Positions 34,549 through 49,429 of a stretch of DNA of 64,000 nt are shown here, piece by piece. Numbering within the stretch: the stretch's first letter is position 1; the number at the start of each line of letters is the position of its first letter. The translations under genes were made by a program, and so were the position numbers. Under the pieces are notes generated by a model, which saw only the letters and a list, made by a program, of their open reading frames with translations, had not been told where the DNA came from and searched no databases. Source of the stretch: Lepidodermella squamata (taxonomy: Eukaryota; Animalia; Gastrotricha); contig JBLDXI010000025.1 of NCBI GenBank assembly GCA_047495785.1, forward strand, positions 310,001 to 374,000, written 5' to 3'.

Positions 34549-35187
34549 CTAATAAACCAAATCGAAATCAGGCGCTTGCACAACAAACGACTGCAGTATG
34601 ATTGTTGTGTTTTGCGATGCCAGGACATCGGTATTGAAATACCGCCGAAATTTGTCATCAGACAGCGTGATGCCGACTACCAGGGAAATAATAACTGCAA
34701 ATAGGATGACGAACATGAGGATGGCCAAAGTCCTTGTCCTGCCACCAGCCTGGCCACAACAGCAATAGTCATCTTCTGAATTAACGCTCGCCAGTTGGCT
34801 TTGATCGGTCTGGGACCTAGTCGCCTTCCTTGCCTCGACAAGTATAACTTTAGATGTTTGGCTCAGACGAATATCAGGCCCAAATCTGTAGGCTTCAGCC
34901 CACTCGACGGCTGTTTTCTTCGTTAAAGGCGCCGATGATGGCGCATCAGCATCGTCTGATGAAGATTCGGTTGCTACGGACGTTGCGTCGTTGCTAGGCC
35001 CGTTTTTAGCGGTATCTCGCAAGACAATTACGTCCTCACAGAATTTAACTTGGCCCGACGCAGCGTTTTGATCGATTTGGTAGCCGTACCTTGCGGCAGC
35101 TGCTGCCTGACAGCCGCACGGGTCGACGTAATTGGCAGGCAGCCAGACGTCGAAATTCTCATGGTTTGTGGTTATAATCTGATGCAT
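34549..35187 (-). CDS. Hypothetical single-pass membrane protein (212 aa)
   Basis: Long ORF with coding-like composition, a CCC cluster, and one hydrophobic helix LAILMFVILFAVIISLVVGITL near the C-terminus; no family recognised. Confidence 0.55.
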   Translation of the reverse strand: MHQIITTNHENFDVWLPANYVDPCGCQAAAAARYGYQIDQNAASGQVKFCEDVIVLRDTAKNGPSNDATSVATESSSDDADAPSSAPLTKKTAVEWAEAYRFGPDIRLSQTSKVILVEARKATRSQTDQSQLASVNSEDDYCCCGQAGGRTRTLAILMFVILFAVIISLVVGITLSDDKFRRYFNTDVLASQNTTIILQSFVVQAPDFDLVY

Positions 35188-35739
35188 ATTGTCCTAATCA
35201 GTTCTTAGAATTTATCAGCGGCCGAAAAAAGCCTAGATCGACGGTACATACTGTACATCCGGGCACTGCAATACAGAAACATGGATGCCTGCTAATTTCA
35301 TGGCCGGGTCATGCCGGATGCAGGAAATGCGATTTCTGTGCGATATATTGTGTAGTATGACGCCAATGCATTTTATTTGCGCATAAAAACCGGCCATGTG
35401 CGATATCTCACTCAATCGACCGCTCCCTATACGCAAATTGGACGGCTCTGAGATTTAGCTCACGCTTGTTTAAATGCAGCACTTAAGTCTCTCCAGATTT
35501 AAATACTAGTTGCAGAATTCGGTTTTGTGCGATAGAAACTTTGTTGTATTTGTCCCAAAATACAAGATAGAGTGCCTATTAAAGGGGAAGCATCGCTGCT
35601 TCCCAAGCGCATTGATTTTTTGTGCATCAAAACACATTGATTAGCGATCCAATCTAAAGTTTTATTGAAGCCTTCGAACAAATCACGGGTTTGCAGACTA
35701 GAAAATCGGCTGATAATGAAGGAGTTTTAATATATTTTG

Positions 35740-38700
35740 CTACTCCAGAGAACGGCAGTTGTTGAAGAGAACCAAGCGGCCCGATTGACGAGCGTAATCA
35801 TCTGTGCTTTGTTGCGCAACAACCATTTGAGTCTAAAATAGGGCAAAATTCAACTTCATGATTCCGTGGAATGTAAACAAACTTACCACTTTGTTTGACC
35901 GGACGATGGCAACGCTCGACCCGAAATGGCCGCGGCGAGTTCCGGTTTGGAAGGTTCCATCAGCCTGGTCGCCGGTGCAAGGCTTCAAAATCTTAGCCTC
36001 GCACGTTCGGTTCAAAGCTGACTGGGGGAAGGATTTGCGGCCGTAGTAGAGGTAGACCTCGCCAAGGCCAGGGCCGATAAATAGGTTCGTAACGTCGCTA
36101 GAGCGCGGCGGAGCACTTACGATCAAGTCATCAAAGCCGTCATCATCGATTTTTGCAAACTAGTAAAACAATCTCAAAAAATAATCCGGCTGATCGTGTT
36201 AACGGAACTCACTTGAAGATTGCGACCGTAGACTCCGTAAAGTCGGTCTCCGACAAGTTGAGCCATTTCAGCGCCAGTTCTACTGTTGTAGAGGTAGACA
36301 GTACCTGACTGCCTGTTTAGGTAAGGAATGACCCCAATTAACTGGGCAATGTTATCTGAGTGTGGAGCGCCAATAGCGAGGACGGCAGGCGCGGTTCTTC
36401 CGTTAGGATAGCCCTCGGACAGGGATCCGCCGAAGAACTCGAATTCTTTACGGCCACGGGCGAAGGTCGCAAGTGTCTTTTTCTTTACCGAGTAGCAATA
36501 GACAGCTCCCGACATTTGCAAGTTCGGCTCGCATTCGTGTTCATGGCTTAAAAAGGGAGGAATTTCGTTAAGAAATTGGCTAATTCACGGCACTTACTCA
36601 TTCGAAGATTTTTGGCCAGGAGCGCCGACTAGGAGGTCGCAGCTAGATGTGGTAATGGCCGTGGTACCAAACCAAGAATATTCCTATGGAATGAGTAAGA
36701 GAATTGAGAATTCTGAAAATGTCTCGCTGAATCTGAGTAACTTACCCCAATGCCCCATACAAGGACATCAGCATTCAAGTACGACGGAATGTAGCTTGTT
36801 TCGATTCCACTGTAGAAAACTGCGACGAACCCATTTTGGCGGGTATCTTCGAATGATTCCGAAGCGAAGGGAGATCCAACGATAAGATCGGGTGTGCCAT
36901 CGCGGTTTACATCTCCCGCCGAAAGGCTTGTGCCAAAGTTGCAATAGCGCTGAAAAACGGATAATCATTTCGTGAGAATAATTCTTCGTATTGTCGAATT
37001 TTAGAATAAATCAAGATAAAAAATATGAAAGACCAACCATGTTACAGTCGATGGTTACATCAGGCTTATCCTTGAACTTTCCATCGTCTTGACCGAAGTA
37101 GATGTAAACAAAGCCAGAGTACGGCGATTTCACAGGATCATTGGTCCTAATCGGAGCTGAGATGGCCAGATCCATGTGATTATCTCCGTTGTAGTTGATA
37201 GCAACAACGGAATAGCCAAATCGGCCGGTTCCTTCAAATGGCGCCTTGATAGCCTGGACGTTGGGCGTATTTTCGAGATCAACGTCCTGAGACAGTAAGC
37301 CATCAGCGCCTGAGGTGATGACGAAAACCCGACCCTCATCGAAGCGGTTATCTTCGCTGTAACCAGGCACGCCAACGATCAAGTCATCAGATCCATCGCC
37401 GTTCAAATCAGCCGAGACTAGGGCTTGGCCGATGTGGGAATAGGCCTTTTTGACGAAATACTTGTAGCTATCCTTCTGACGCGGGACGAACTGGTCGGGT
37501 TGATCGTCGCGATTGACGTCATGCTGCGAGTCGCCGAATTCGAGCAAGTCATTAACGACCATGCTATGAACAGTTTTCCTCAGCAAGCCCTTGGGTCTGA
37601 TGATCGTATTTCCACTCCGGTCTTCAATAACTTCGGTTAGCTCCTCCTCTGTACCCATAGAACCACGAGTTTTGCCATCGCCAAAGTATTCCGTCGATAG
37701 ATCGAAGAGTCTAGCCATGTAAGCGGCCTTGGTCTTACCAGCTTGAGCTTCTTTCTCCTCGACACTTCTGTGATCTCCTTGGGTGTGCATCCACTCGCTG
37801 GGAGGTGGGGTTAGTTTGGGCTGGTCGCCACACATCCAGTACAAATGGTTCGACTTGTGATTGTTAACGCAGGTCGTCGAGTTTTCGAGGTATCTCAAAG
37901 CGGTTTCGATGCGCTGTGACGTCCATGAGGCCATGTCATTCATCCCGCCAACGAAATGATCGTCATAACGAGAAGTGAGGACTGGCGATTTCATTGCATA
38001 ACCGATGTACCACTGAAAATAATTGAAATAAGGCTATGACAGGATTTTAGAGCTTCGGCTTACCTTCTGCATCAAGACTTTGTGCATGAGTGCGCGGAGC
38101 ATAGTTGCGCGTGGGCAGAGTTCTAGGGCGAGGCGGAATGGGGTCATGGTGGCGGTGCAGGCGACTGTGCCTGGCCGAGCACACATCAAAGGTTCGTAGA
38201 TTTTCATGAGGTGTTTCGACGGGATGAACCATTGGCTGAAGCCGAGGTGCAAGTTGATGAAACTGACATCGTACAACAGAACGGCGTCGCCACCTGAAAT
38301 TCATCAGCATGAGTAGGAAGAAAATGCAAAATAGCAGAATTGATTTTCATTCTGATCCAGAGAAATTCAGTCGAAAAAGGCCGAATGCAAATACTTTTCA
38401 AAATAGAACTATTGCTTGGCGCAGTTTAAATAAATTGATATTTAAAGACGATAGGTTGAAGCGATTCTAAAATGTAACTTACCCCAATCTGCTTCGGGAT
38501 GCGCGGCCGTAAAGTTGCCGTGATAGTTGGCTGCAGCCATTGTTGTGACAAAGCCCTGATCAATATCATAGCCATGCCAAGCCTGATCTTGTGTATCATG
38601 GGCTACAGTGCCTAAAATGAAGGCCAACAGCTTCTCACCATCCTGGCGCGAAAGACACATAAAAGTCACAAAAAATTCGTAAATATTTAAACTTCTTACA

Positions 38701-39089
38701 TCCTTGAGCTTATCCCCGTCAATAAAGGTTTTCGAAAAATAGTCCAAGGCTGATTTCGTGAATTCCATCCCGTGAGCTTTCTTCGCATTATCGACCCATT
38801 TGCCATCAAAGCATAGAGGGGAGTAGAATGAATCCGGGAAAATCGAGCCGGTCAGGTAAGCGTCTGAATGCTTGTGCAGAATCTCCCGAATATCCACACC
38901 CTTGAATTTCCGGCTGAAAAACTCAATGGCTCGATTTGCTGTAGTCGGGATATTTTAGTACTCAATCATTTGTTGACGATTACACAACTTACAAACTTCC
39001 ATGTGGGTCAACATCCCACAGCCATTTGCGCTGTTCAAGAAAGCAGCAAATGCTGCTGACACCAGTAAAATCAGACTCAGCACTTTCAT
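35740..39089 (-). CDS. GPLD1: Phosphatidylinositol-glycan-specific phospholipase D
   Basis: Multi-exon. Signal peptide then CGMLTHMEV, GSIFPDSFY..C, H...D..WH, AH..AD.GGD, GGMNDMA.WT, followed by several FG-GAP repeats (DLNGDGSDDLIVGVPG, DLAISAP, DDLIVSAP); stop at 35740. Confidence 0.9.
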
Positions 39090-39645
39090 TATAACACACT
39101 AGAGTTAATAAAATTTGTAACACACCATGAAATTAGCTGGTTAATTGAGCACCAAGTGAGAAGCAGATAGATAAAGTACCGTTCATGTCGCGAAAAAACA
39201 GCCTGCCGTGAGATAAAAGTCGGCAGGGTGTGCCGGTAGCTTACAGCTGATAAATCGGATTCTGCTCTTTTTAGACGCCAAGTGCAACTGGTGTAGAGCG
39301 GTGGGAGGAACTGCGCTGTGATAAGGAAACACGCCACACATCACACATCTTTTGCTCGAGAAGATAGCCCACAGGAAATCGAAAATTTGGCCCGATTTAC
39401 ACGTGGAAAGTGAAACAGTTGTAGAGAGAATAACATCCGGCTTTTAACGTCTAATTGGTCTGTTGCATTTAATTAGAATTAATTTTATTTGAAATTAACC
39501 AAGCTTTCCACATCGCGTCACGGGACACAACTTTCATGTAACTGCAATCTACAATCAGATAGTCTTAGGATTTCCCGCACACGCTACATTTTGAACTGAT
39601 CGAATCTTTGCATGCAAAAAATTGAAATAAAATAGCGTGAGAGTC

Positions 39646-42239
39646 CTACTTCCATTTGGTAACATAATATGGAAGATAGGAGTTAATGTTCATCTTAGGG
39701 AGAGAAAATCCAACGACTAGCGCCACGCTTGCCAAATTCATGACAGATATTGCGATCCTCTGATGTTCTTGATTACCGAAAATCGCCCCAGCTATGACAA
39801 ATCCAGCAAGAAGGAGCAGCACAATGCTGTAGAAGCATCCGACTACCTTCTGCAAATCTTTGATCGATTTAATCTTGATCTGGAAATATAGAAAAAGTTG
39901 GAAGCCTGGCCGAGTGATGATTATCTCAACTTACGTTTCGTAGCACGAAGGCTAAGAAGGTTCCCCGTAAAATCAGAACAGTAAAGACTGAACAAAAAAG
40001 ACCGATGATGATGCTAGCAGTCAATCCCAGGCGATATTGGCGAGTGACACCTCTATAAGCAATTGAGTTGTCATCTGACAAGATTTTTGGCTGTCCTTTC
40101 ACTGATTGCGTTTTAATTCGGTCCGCCGCGAACCACACCAGCAGTAAGACCATACTGATCAAAATGAGCACAGTGACTGAGATGTACGATATTCTCTTGC
40201 CACCTTTCACTGATATCCCCTGCGTTCGCCAAGACATCTTACTCGCTTTCGACTTGTGAGTGAACTCAATACCCAACAGATGGAAAGAGAAGGACACCAT
40301 CTGATAGGCAGCCAAGCTTGCGCCGGTATTTTGAGGTATTACCAAGTTTGAAATCATGAGAAAACTGCTTCCAACAAAGAGAAGAATCGATGCTCCCGAA
40401 GATTTCCTGAGAATAAAGGCATGGATTGTTAGTATGATAGATACAACCAATTCCAATGAGCTCAAAACTGTTATCGAGACGTAAGAATCAAAGAAAAGCA
40501 GCGGCTTCGTAATATCGATGATTTTCACATGATCAATTGGAGCGGAACCTGTTTTGGTTTGCCACTTGATTTTTCCGGGAATGAAGTCGATTTTACGAGT
40601 GCGACTGTTGAATTTTGCAATCGGGACCATTTTTAAACTTAGATTACCTTCAATAGGTTGGTACTGGAAAAACCCTGAAATCACATTGCCACCTGTATTC
40701 AGGGTAGTTTCTCTCTCGAAACCGATGTCTCCGATTTTACTAGAGATTCTAGTCGAGAAAAGAGCTTCCTTCAAATTCGTGACTATCACCGAGCCATTTG
40801 ACCGAAATCTCTCGCCATTAGTAATCCAATCTGATAATGATTGATTTTTCCGACGAAGGAGGTCCTGAGTTGTATTGAGTACATGAGCTACAAGTAGAAC
40901 ACTGTCGTAACAGTAATGACGCAAAGACCACCCACTCCGCGTTTGTGGATTGTCGATTCTAGCGAGCAGAGTGCCATCTAAATCTGATCCAGAGTTGCCA
41001 AAGGAATCAAGCGCATTCATGTCATCCAGTGTCATAATGTTTGTGTATCCGAAGAGAATGAAACTTTGCAAAACATCCCTAAGCATGCCCTCTGTGCACC
41101 AAGGAGAGAATCTCAACGGATCATCCGGATTAAACGCCGTGAGAGTGGATGAGAAAATGATATAATTAGGGCCATAGAGTCCGAATTTGTGCAGCCAGCA
41201 CGCGATTCGGCCCGGCGAAGCTGAGCCTATCATGATTATTCTATGGTCTGCTTTACTCATTTCTTCAACGGCATCTCGAACGCTGTCTGAATCTGGCAAC
41301 GGGCCATTCGTCAGCGGAATTTTGTAAAGGCCCGACAAAGTTATATTGAACCGCTTTTCGTTGAGTTTGATGAAACTGTTATCAGACGTTAGCGTCATAT
41401 CTTTTATGTCTGAAATTATGGCCAGATTGCGCCAGTTCATCGCAGACATGAAAGCACCGACGGATTCTTGAATTTCGTTGAGCGCAGGCGACGTTACGAA
41501 AAAGTTTTGAAAGCGCCTACGACTCGTGAATACTTCCGGCGGGACGGTGAATGGCGCAAACTAGAGCGAAATGGAAGCATTTCACATTACGTTGACATGG
41601 TTCATAAAATGATGGGAAGCTAATGGTAGCTTTAATCACACTTTAACCACATCGGTACGCTAGCCAAGTTCCAACGTGAATCTTCAGCTGGAATATTAGC
41701 TTTGGCACTTCAGTGGATCTCTGGAAAAACTAGAAAACTTACCCTGATAACGTTGAAATGCTGCAGTGTCTGAGCAAGGCCGTAGTGAAGGGAGCACGAA
41801 GCGAATAGATAAATAGGCAAACGGTCGCCAGCCAATTCATTTGCTGACATTTCGGCAAAGAACCTTCGCATGGCTGTTGGCTCATTGCACTGAAAATTAT
41901 GTTCGAAACATGCACATTTTTGATCATTCATTCGAAAGGACACCAACCAAGTCGTCTATAGGATCTACTGCCAGTTCGATACCGGTCAGGAAATTCGGCA
42001 TTTTTCTGATACTGTCTAAAGCGTAGCGGATACCTTCCGTGCATATCGGACCTAGCGGATTCGCGTAGCCAGCGTAGTTGCAGGACATTGGTATGCTGAG
42101 TGTGGTAAGGCTTGCATCGTTAGTAGTTAGTAGCAATGACTTTCCGCGGTATCGAAGCATTCATAGCAGCTTTCGTTTGTGTGAATCCCTGCGCGACTTT
42201 CGAGAGAAGAAACAGAATAGTTATCGGCAGTTTTGCCAT
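39646..42239 (-). pseudogene. Class C GPCR (GABA-B-like), clade B copy 1, disabled
   Basis: Same 4-exon layout as its paralogs. A net +4-nt insertion gives TAA at codon 40 (42120-42122). An in-frame deletion of about 39 codons removes the end of TM3 and much of ICL2 (GIEF-TH-KSKASK). Confidence 0.82.
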
Positions 42240-42799
42240 CTTAGCGATTTCAGAGAATGGAAAGCGATGATGCGAGTGACTCGCTCATCAACGATACAAG
42301 AGATCTTGCACAGGATATAACCGCGCAGATGCCATGCATTAGCGTGCAAATGTTATTGCCGTAGTTCCGGCTATATTACTCAACGTCTGGTGTGTTTGGG
42401 TGAGGGGTCGGCGATATTAGAGATTAAACGTCCTAGCTACGCGTAGAGGATCAGTAATAAGCAAGCCAAGTCGCAAGTCGGAAGAGACCTCCGCTAAGCT
42501 ATCGTTTCCGCGACTTGTCTAGGCTCGCTTATTGCTGTTCCAATTCCCTTTGATAGCAATAAAGTCTGAGCTAAGAAAAGTGTGATTTCCTTAAAAAAAT
42601 ACAACAAAGATGCTATACAGCGTTCCCAGTTCCCAGTACGGCGATTGGACCCGTTGGCTGTAAATTGAAGGCTTTGAAAAGACGGCGGGAACCCTGAGAG
42701 ATCAGCGATCAGGAGAAGCCTCCGAGGATTCAAACAGCCATATAGCCTCCGCTGTAGACCGAATGGCGATTGATCAGTTCTGTCAGATTGTATTACCCG

Positions 42800-43264
42800 T
42801 CATCATCACTTACCTACGCAGCTATTTCGACCAAGCCTTGGAAGTACCATTCTTCACTTGCAAACGTGCTCAATCAACTCTCGCTTTCAAAGGTGCTGTA
42901 GCTTGGAATGCTTTGCCTCGCCACGTGCAAGAATCGAAATCAGCTCATGGATGTCGAAAAAATGTATGTCTATACCTTCTCGGCGATGCGCCATTCCAGT
43001 TTTCAAACGAGCCCCAAAAATTGTGAAATTCTATAGTATTCAATATAAACTGTTTTTTATTACCTTACATGCATTTCTCACTTTGGATTTTTGGATGTCA
43101 TTTCTCACTAATTTTAATGTTAATGTGGAACCAATTTTGTTGTTGTTTTGTATTATCACTATAAAAGTGGACAAATGGAATTTGAAACGGACTGAATTTG
43201 GATTTCCCCGATTAACATTGTGTGAGCGTTCGGCTACGGAGCTTAAATAAATAAATAAATAAAT
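42800..43264 (+). mobile_element. 3' fragment of a non-LTR retrotransposon (CR1/L2-like)
   Basis: Translation ...STLAFKGAVAWNALPRHVQESKS...RKNVCLYL resembles the LINE ORF2 C-terminal G...WN.LP motif; followed by an AT-rich UTR ending in (TAAA)n. Confidence 0.7.
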
Positions 43265-43300
43265 GCGTATAACCAAGATTCAAGATTTACATCCACAATA

Positions 43301-45920
43301 TCAATAACGATTAGCAGTATCGTGTATCTTGGGAAAGAAAAATCCGACTACCAACGCGACGTTTGCCAAATTCATGACAGATATTGCGATTCTCTGGTCG
43401 TCTTGGTCACTGAAAATCGCCCCAGCAATAACCAATCCGGCTATGAGAAGAAGGACAACTCCGTAAAAGCATCTGGCCACCTTCTGCAAATCATTCATCG
43501 CTTCAATCTTGAACTGGAAACAGAAACTGTAAGGCATTATAAAGTAAACAATTGTAAACTTACATTTCTTAGCACGAAAGCTAGGAAAGTTCCTCTCAAG
43601 ATCAAGACAGTGAATGTTGAACAGAACAAACCGATGATGATGCTCGCTGTTAATCCTAGGCGGTAAAGGTGAGTGATATCCCTATAAGCGATTGAGTTGT
43701 CATCTGGCGGGATTCTCGGCTGACCGCTTATCGAATACGTTTCAATGGGATCCGCCGTGAACCAAACCAAAAGAAGTATCAAGCTGAATGTGATGAGCAC
43801 GCCAATATAGGTGCACAATTTCCTCAGGCTAGCTTTCATTGTTATCTCTTTCGTTCGTCCTGAAATTTTGCTTGCTTTTGACTTTTGGGAGAAACTACTG
43901 ATTACGGTCAAAATATCTCCATTCCGCTTTCTACCCCCTTGCGCTTGAACCTGGAGGATTGCGCATACATTTGCGATTTCTAGCTTGAAAATGATGTCCA
44001 GCAATAAGAACTCAATGCCCAGCATCAGAAACGAGAAGGAAGCCATGTGGTAGGCACCCAAGTTTGCGACGGGATATTGCGGTAAAACCAAGTTTGAAAT
44101 CATGAGAAAAGTGCCTCCAACAAAGAGAAGAATTGACGTCCCAGAAGAATTCCAGTGAATCGCAGAATAAATTGTTAAAATAATCGATATTGTCATCTCA
44201 AATGAGCTGAAAACTGTGACAGAGATGTAAGCATCGAAGGAAATAAGTGGCTCGACAATATCAATGACCGTCGCGGAATCTCTGGGAGCAGAGCCCGACT
44301 TTGTTTGCCATTTCATTTTGCCGGGTATGAAGTCGATTTTCCGAGTTCGACTGTTAAATTTCGCAATCGGTACCATGTCCAATCTTGGAGTACCTTCAAT
44401 AGCTTGGTACTGGAAAAACCCTGTAATCACATTACCACCTGTATTCAGGGTAGTTTCTCTTTCGAATCCGATTTCTCCGATTTTACTCGAGATTCTAGTC
44501 GAAAATAGAGCATCTTTTATGATCCCCACAATAAAGGAGCCATTAGATCGAAATCTGTAGCTATTTGTTAACCATTCTGTTAGAGATTGATTTTCTTTCG
44601 CTAGCAGACTCTGCGTAGTATTGAGTACATGAGCGGCTAAGAGGACACTGTCGTAGCAGCTGTGACGCGATGTCCATCCACTTCTCGACTGAGGGTTGTC
44701 CATTCGAGCCAACAAAGTTGAATCGAAATCTGATCCTGAATTTCCGAACGAGTCTATCTCATTCATTTGATCGAGAGTCATCATGTTTGCGGATCCGAAG
44801 ATAATGAAACTTTGCAGAACATCCCTGAGCATGGCCTCGGTGCACCATGGCGTGAATCGCAGGGGATCATTTGGACTGAACGCCGTGAGAGCTGATGAAA
44901 AAACTATGTAATTAGGGCCGTAGAGTTTGTAGCGATGGAGCCAGCATGCGATTCGAGCCGAGGAAGCCGAACCGATTATGATTATTCTATGGTCGTTCTT
45001 ACCCATCTCCTCAACAGCACCACGAATACTATCGGAATCTGGCAAGGGGCCACTGGTAAGAGGAATTTTGTAAATCCCAGACAGAGTGATGTTGAACTGC
45101 ATCTCCATGGCTTTGATGAAGCTGATATCAGCCATCAACGTTATGTCTTTAATATCAGAAATCATGGCGAGTTTGCGCCAGTTCAACGCCGTCATGAAAG
45201 CTCCAACAGAGTCTTGAATTTCGCTAAGTGACGGCGACGTAACGAAAAGGTTTTGAAAACGCCCGCGTCTCGTGTACACTTCCGGCGGGATGGAGAACGG
45301 CGCAATCTATGTCAAAATGGAGAAAGGAATTTAGATTCTAATTCATAAGTGTTCGGGTTAAAGTAGGGCAACTAATCGATTGAGTTGTGTTTTGTCCGAA
45401 TTTCCTATTGCTAGATAAAATGCAGCGACTCACGCTGATGATATTCAAGTGCTGCAGCGTTTGACCCAGGCCGAAGTGAACGGAGCATGAAGCAAATAGA
45501 TAAATGGGCAGACGGTCGCTGGCAAATTCGTTTGCCGACATTTCAGCAAAGAACCTCCGCATTGCTGTCGGCTCATTGCACTAAACGTAAAAGGTATTGA
45601 GAATATTTTCGAATATTCTAATTTAAGCATACCACGTCGTCGATTGGATCAATTGCCAGTTCGATATCGGTCAGAAAGTTTGGCATTCGTTTGATGCTGT
45701 CTAGAGCGTAGCGGATACCTTCCGTGCATATTGGACCGAGCGGATTCGTGAAACCAGCGTAGTTGCATGATAGCGGTATGCTGACCAATGTACGGCTTCC
45801 ATTGTAGCTAGAGGCAGTAATTCTTCGCGGTATCGATGCATTAAGCGCAACTTTGTTCTGCGAATGTCCTTTGTCGATTTGCGCCATAAAGAACAGGACA
45901 ATTATCAATAGTCTAGTCAT
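43301..45920 (-). CDS. Class C GPCR (GABA-B-like), clade B copy 2, intact, about 796 aa
   Basis: Exons 45920-45633, 45580-45434, 45306-43564, 43513-43301, phase 0, no stops; VFT + 7TM. Confidence 0.9.
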
Positions 45921-46886
45921 CTTAGGAATTCACGGAATGGAAAGAGCGAAGGTGAGAATGATTCGCTTATATTGACACAAGACACCATGAATAGGAAAAA
46001 CAGCGCATATTATTGTGGGCTTGTTGTTCCGTGTTCCGGGCATTATTCACCACGTGAAGTATCCGTATGAAGTGACGCCGCGAAATGTTCAGTAGAATCT
46101 GCAATCGGAAGTCAGCTCGAAACGAGGCAGGTTAGCTGAGAGCGAGCATGTTTGTTGATAATTGCGGAAATGTGTCATACATTCCCAACACATAGCACTG
46201 AATTTGTACTCAATCTTCCCAGTTCGCAGAACTGCATGTTTCGGACAAATTATAGTTATTATGTATCTATTTCTGAGCTTCATTTCTGCGGCAGAGCTGG
46301 TATCGCAGTGGAAGCCATTTTCATTATATATCACTTCAGCATTGGCGCAATGGCCTCGATCTGCATCGGACATTTCACATTTCCGTTAGATTCAAGCTGC
46401 GTTTTACGGTGCACGGGCAGCTTTGAGCCCCAAACTTCCAGCCGGGATTAAGAAACCGGATGCTTTGATTTCGGCTCACTAATGACATAGGTTATACATG
46501 ATTGGTTTTGTCTCGATCAGCTATTTTTTCCCATTCTTTCCAGCTCGAAACTCGATTGAAAATTATGAATTCTATACAAAAAGCAGAATCCTCGACTGTG
46601 GGGGTGGGTGAGGATCATTCTTCGCCTGCCTTCGCCCTCTTCAAAACCGGAAACGGTACACGACGCTCAGTCTCGAAGAGGCAAAATAAAACTATTACTA
46701 CTACTACTTTCCAGCTTTTTAACTTGCGTTCAGTTTCAATACGTTTGTTCCTTCATCCCTGATTCGAAAAGGCATGATAACTAAATCATGTAAATTTTAT
46801 TTAGGTTCATAACCAAATACGAACTCGTCACACTCCAACTTATAATAATCTATTCCAAATTCGAAAATTCATACATATTGTTGCGC

Positions 46887-49429
46887 TTATTTCGGCCTGT
46901 TAACTCCAACTATCAGAGCGACGGTCGTCAAATTCATGACGGAAACGGCGATCCTTTGTTGGTTCTGAGCTCTGAAAATACCCGCCGCTACGGCAACTCC
47001 GGCTAAAAGGAGCACCACAATTCCGTAGAAACATTTGACCACGGCTTGCACATCATCGGAGTTTTCTATTTTGATCTAAAACATAAATTTTAAAATTGAA
47101 ATGGCCTTTGAACTGCAAACATACCGATCTCAGAATGAAGGCTAGGAAAGTCCCGCGTAATATCAAAACTGTGAATGCCGCCCCGAACAGATAGAGAATA
47201 ACGCTACCCGTCAGTCCAAAACGATATGAAACTGTCATCTCTCGATAGGCGATAGCGTCGTCTTCTGACGAGATATTCGAAATTCCGCCAGCAGCATACG
47301 TTCGTATGGGCTCAACTATGAACCATATCGCGAGTAGCACCAGGCTCATTGTTACATAGCCGACCACGCAAATATAAATGTAAATTTTTTTCGATCCGAT
47401 TCCCATAGATATCTCATTGGACTGGCGCGATTTGGAATTTTGAGAATAAACCTCACTTCTTGGCTGATTTGTTCGATGGCTTCGTTCCCGTCGAGTTTGT
47501 CTTTGAATCTGACTAACCGCACATAGGTTGGCATACTCTAGCTTAAAAACTAGCCAAAGCAGAATAAACGCAATGCCAACGAGAAGGAACGAGAACGAAG
47601 CCATGTAATGATCAGAGAGCCTAGCTACGGGAGCTTGCGGCAGAACTAGATTCGATATCATAAGATGAACAGCCCCAGAGAAAAGGAGACTCGATGATTT
47701 CAGGCGAATCAAAGCAAGTGCCGACAACGTGGCCGATACGGCCAGAAATATGGAGCTGAAAACAGTGATTGCAATATAGGACTCCATCGATAGCAGCGGT
47801 TTTTCGATCTCAATTATTTTCAAGGAATCCATAGGAGCGGAACCTGTTTTGGTTTGCCACTTGATTTTTCCGGGAATGAAATCGATTTTTCGACTACGGC
47901 TGTTGAATTTAGCTATAGGCACCATGTTCAACCTTGACGACGCGGGAACAGGTTGGTACTGGAAAAACCCTGAAATGACATTGCCACCAGTATTCAGCGT
48001 GGTTTCTTGTTCGAAGCCGATATCTCCAATTTTGCTAGAGATTCTAGTAGAAAATAAAGCTTCCTTCAGCTTCCCTACTATGAAAGAGCCGTTAGTCTGA
48101 AATCTCTCGCCATTGGTTAGCCAATCTGTCAGCGATTGATTTTCGTGACGAAGACTGTTCTCAGTAGCATTGAGTACATGCGCCACAAGCATAATACTGT
48201 CGTAGCAGTAATGACGTAGCGCCCATGCACCTCGAGACTGGGGATTGTCGATCTTCGCTGTCAGGATTTCGTCAAAATCTGACCCTGAGTTGCCATAAGA
48301 ATCGACGGCATCCATTTGATCGAGCGTCATCATGTTGGTGAATCCGAAAAGAATGAAACTTTGCAGAACATCTCTGAGCATTGACTCGGTGCACCAGGGC
48401 GTGAATCTCAATGGGTCATTGGGGCTGAATGCTGTGAGGGTTATTGAAAAAATGACGTAGTTTGGGCCGAACAACTTGAATCGATGCAGCCAGCACGCAA
48501 TTCGAACAGGAGAACTTGAACCAATAACGATAATTCTATGATCGTTCCTACTCATCTCCTCAACGGCACCACGAATACTATCGGAATCTGGCAAGGGGCC
48601 ATTTGTCAGTGGGATTTTGTAAAGCCCGGACTGAGTGATATTGAACTGTTTCTCAATGAGTTTTATGAAGCTGTTATCGGTCATCATGGTCACATCTTTG
48701 ATGTCTGAAATTACAGCGACCTTACGCCAATTCAACACTGACATGAAAGCTCCAACTGAATGAAAATTTTCGTCAAGTGCCGGCGACGTTACGAAAAAGT
48801 TCTGGAAACGCCCCCGTCTCGCAAATACTTCCGATTGGGTGGTGAATGGCGCAAACTAGGGCAAAAGAGAGGGAAAATATAAAACATTCGCGACAAGCTT
48901 CATTATTCTCGTCTCTGAATACAAAATTGTAACTCACGCTGATGACATTCAAGTGTTGCAGCGTTTGAGCCAGGCCGTAGTGAACAGAGCACGAAGCAAA
49001 TAGATAAACGGACAAGCGGTCATTGGCGAATTCACTCGTCGACATTTCCGCGAAGAACTTGCGCATAGCAGTCGGCTCGTTGCACTATGAAAATTAGCTG
49101 GATGAGTAGGTGCCTCTCGAGAGCAAAAATGCAAAGCTTACCAAGTCATCGATCGGGTCAATAACGAGTTCAATGTCGGTCAGGAAATTCGGTAGACGCC
49201 TGATGCTATCCAGAGCGTAGCGAACTCCTTCTGTACAAAGCGGACCATGTGGATTCGTGAAGCCGGCGTAGTTGCAAGATAGCGGTATGCTTAGTGTTTT
49301 ACGACTGACGTTGTAGGTGGATGAGAAAATTCTTCGTGGTAGCGTTGCATTGAACGGCGTCTTGGACTGTGATATCCCAGGGGAAATATTGATTAGCAGA
49401 AATAAAAATGTCAATGAAGTTCGCTGCAT
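46887..49429 (-). CDS. Class C GPCR (GABA-B-like), clade B copy 3, intact
   Basis: Exons 49429-49142, 49084-48938, 48855-47125, 47075-46887; the protein ends VGVNRPK* right after TM7. Confidence 0.88.
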
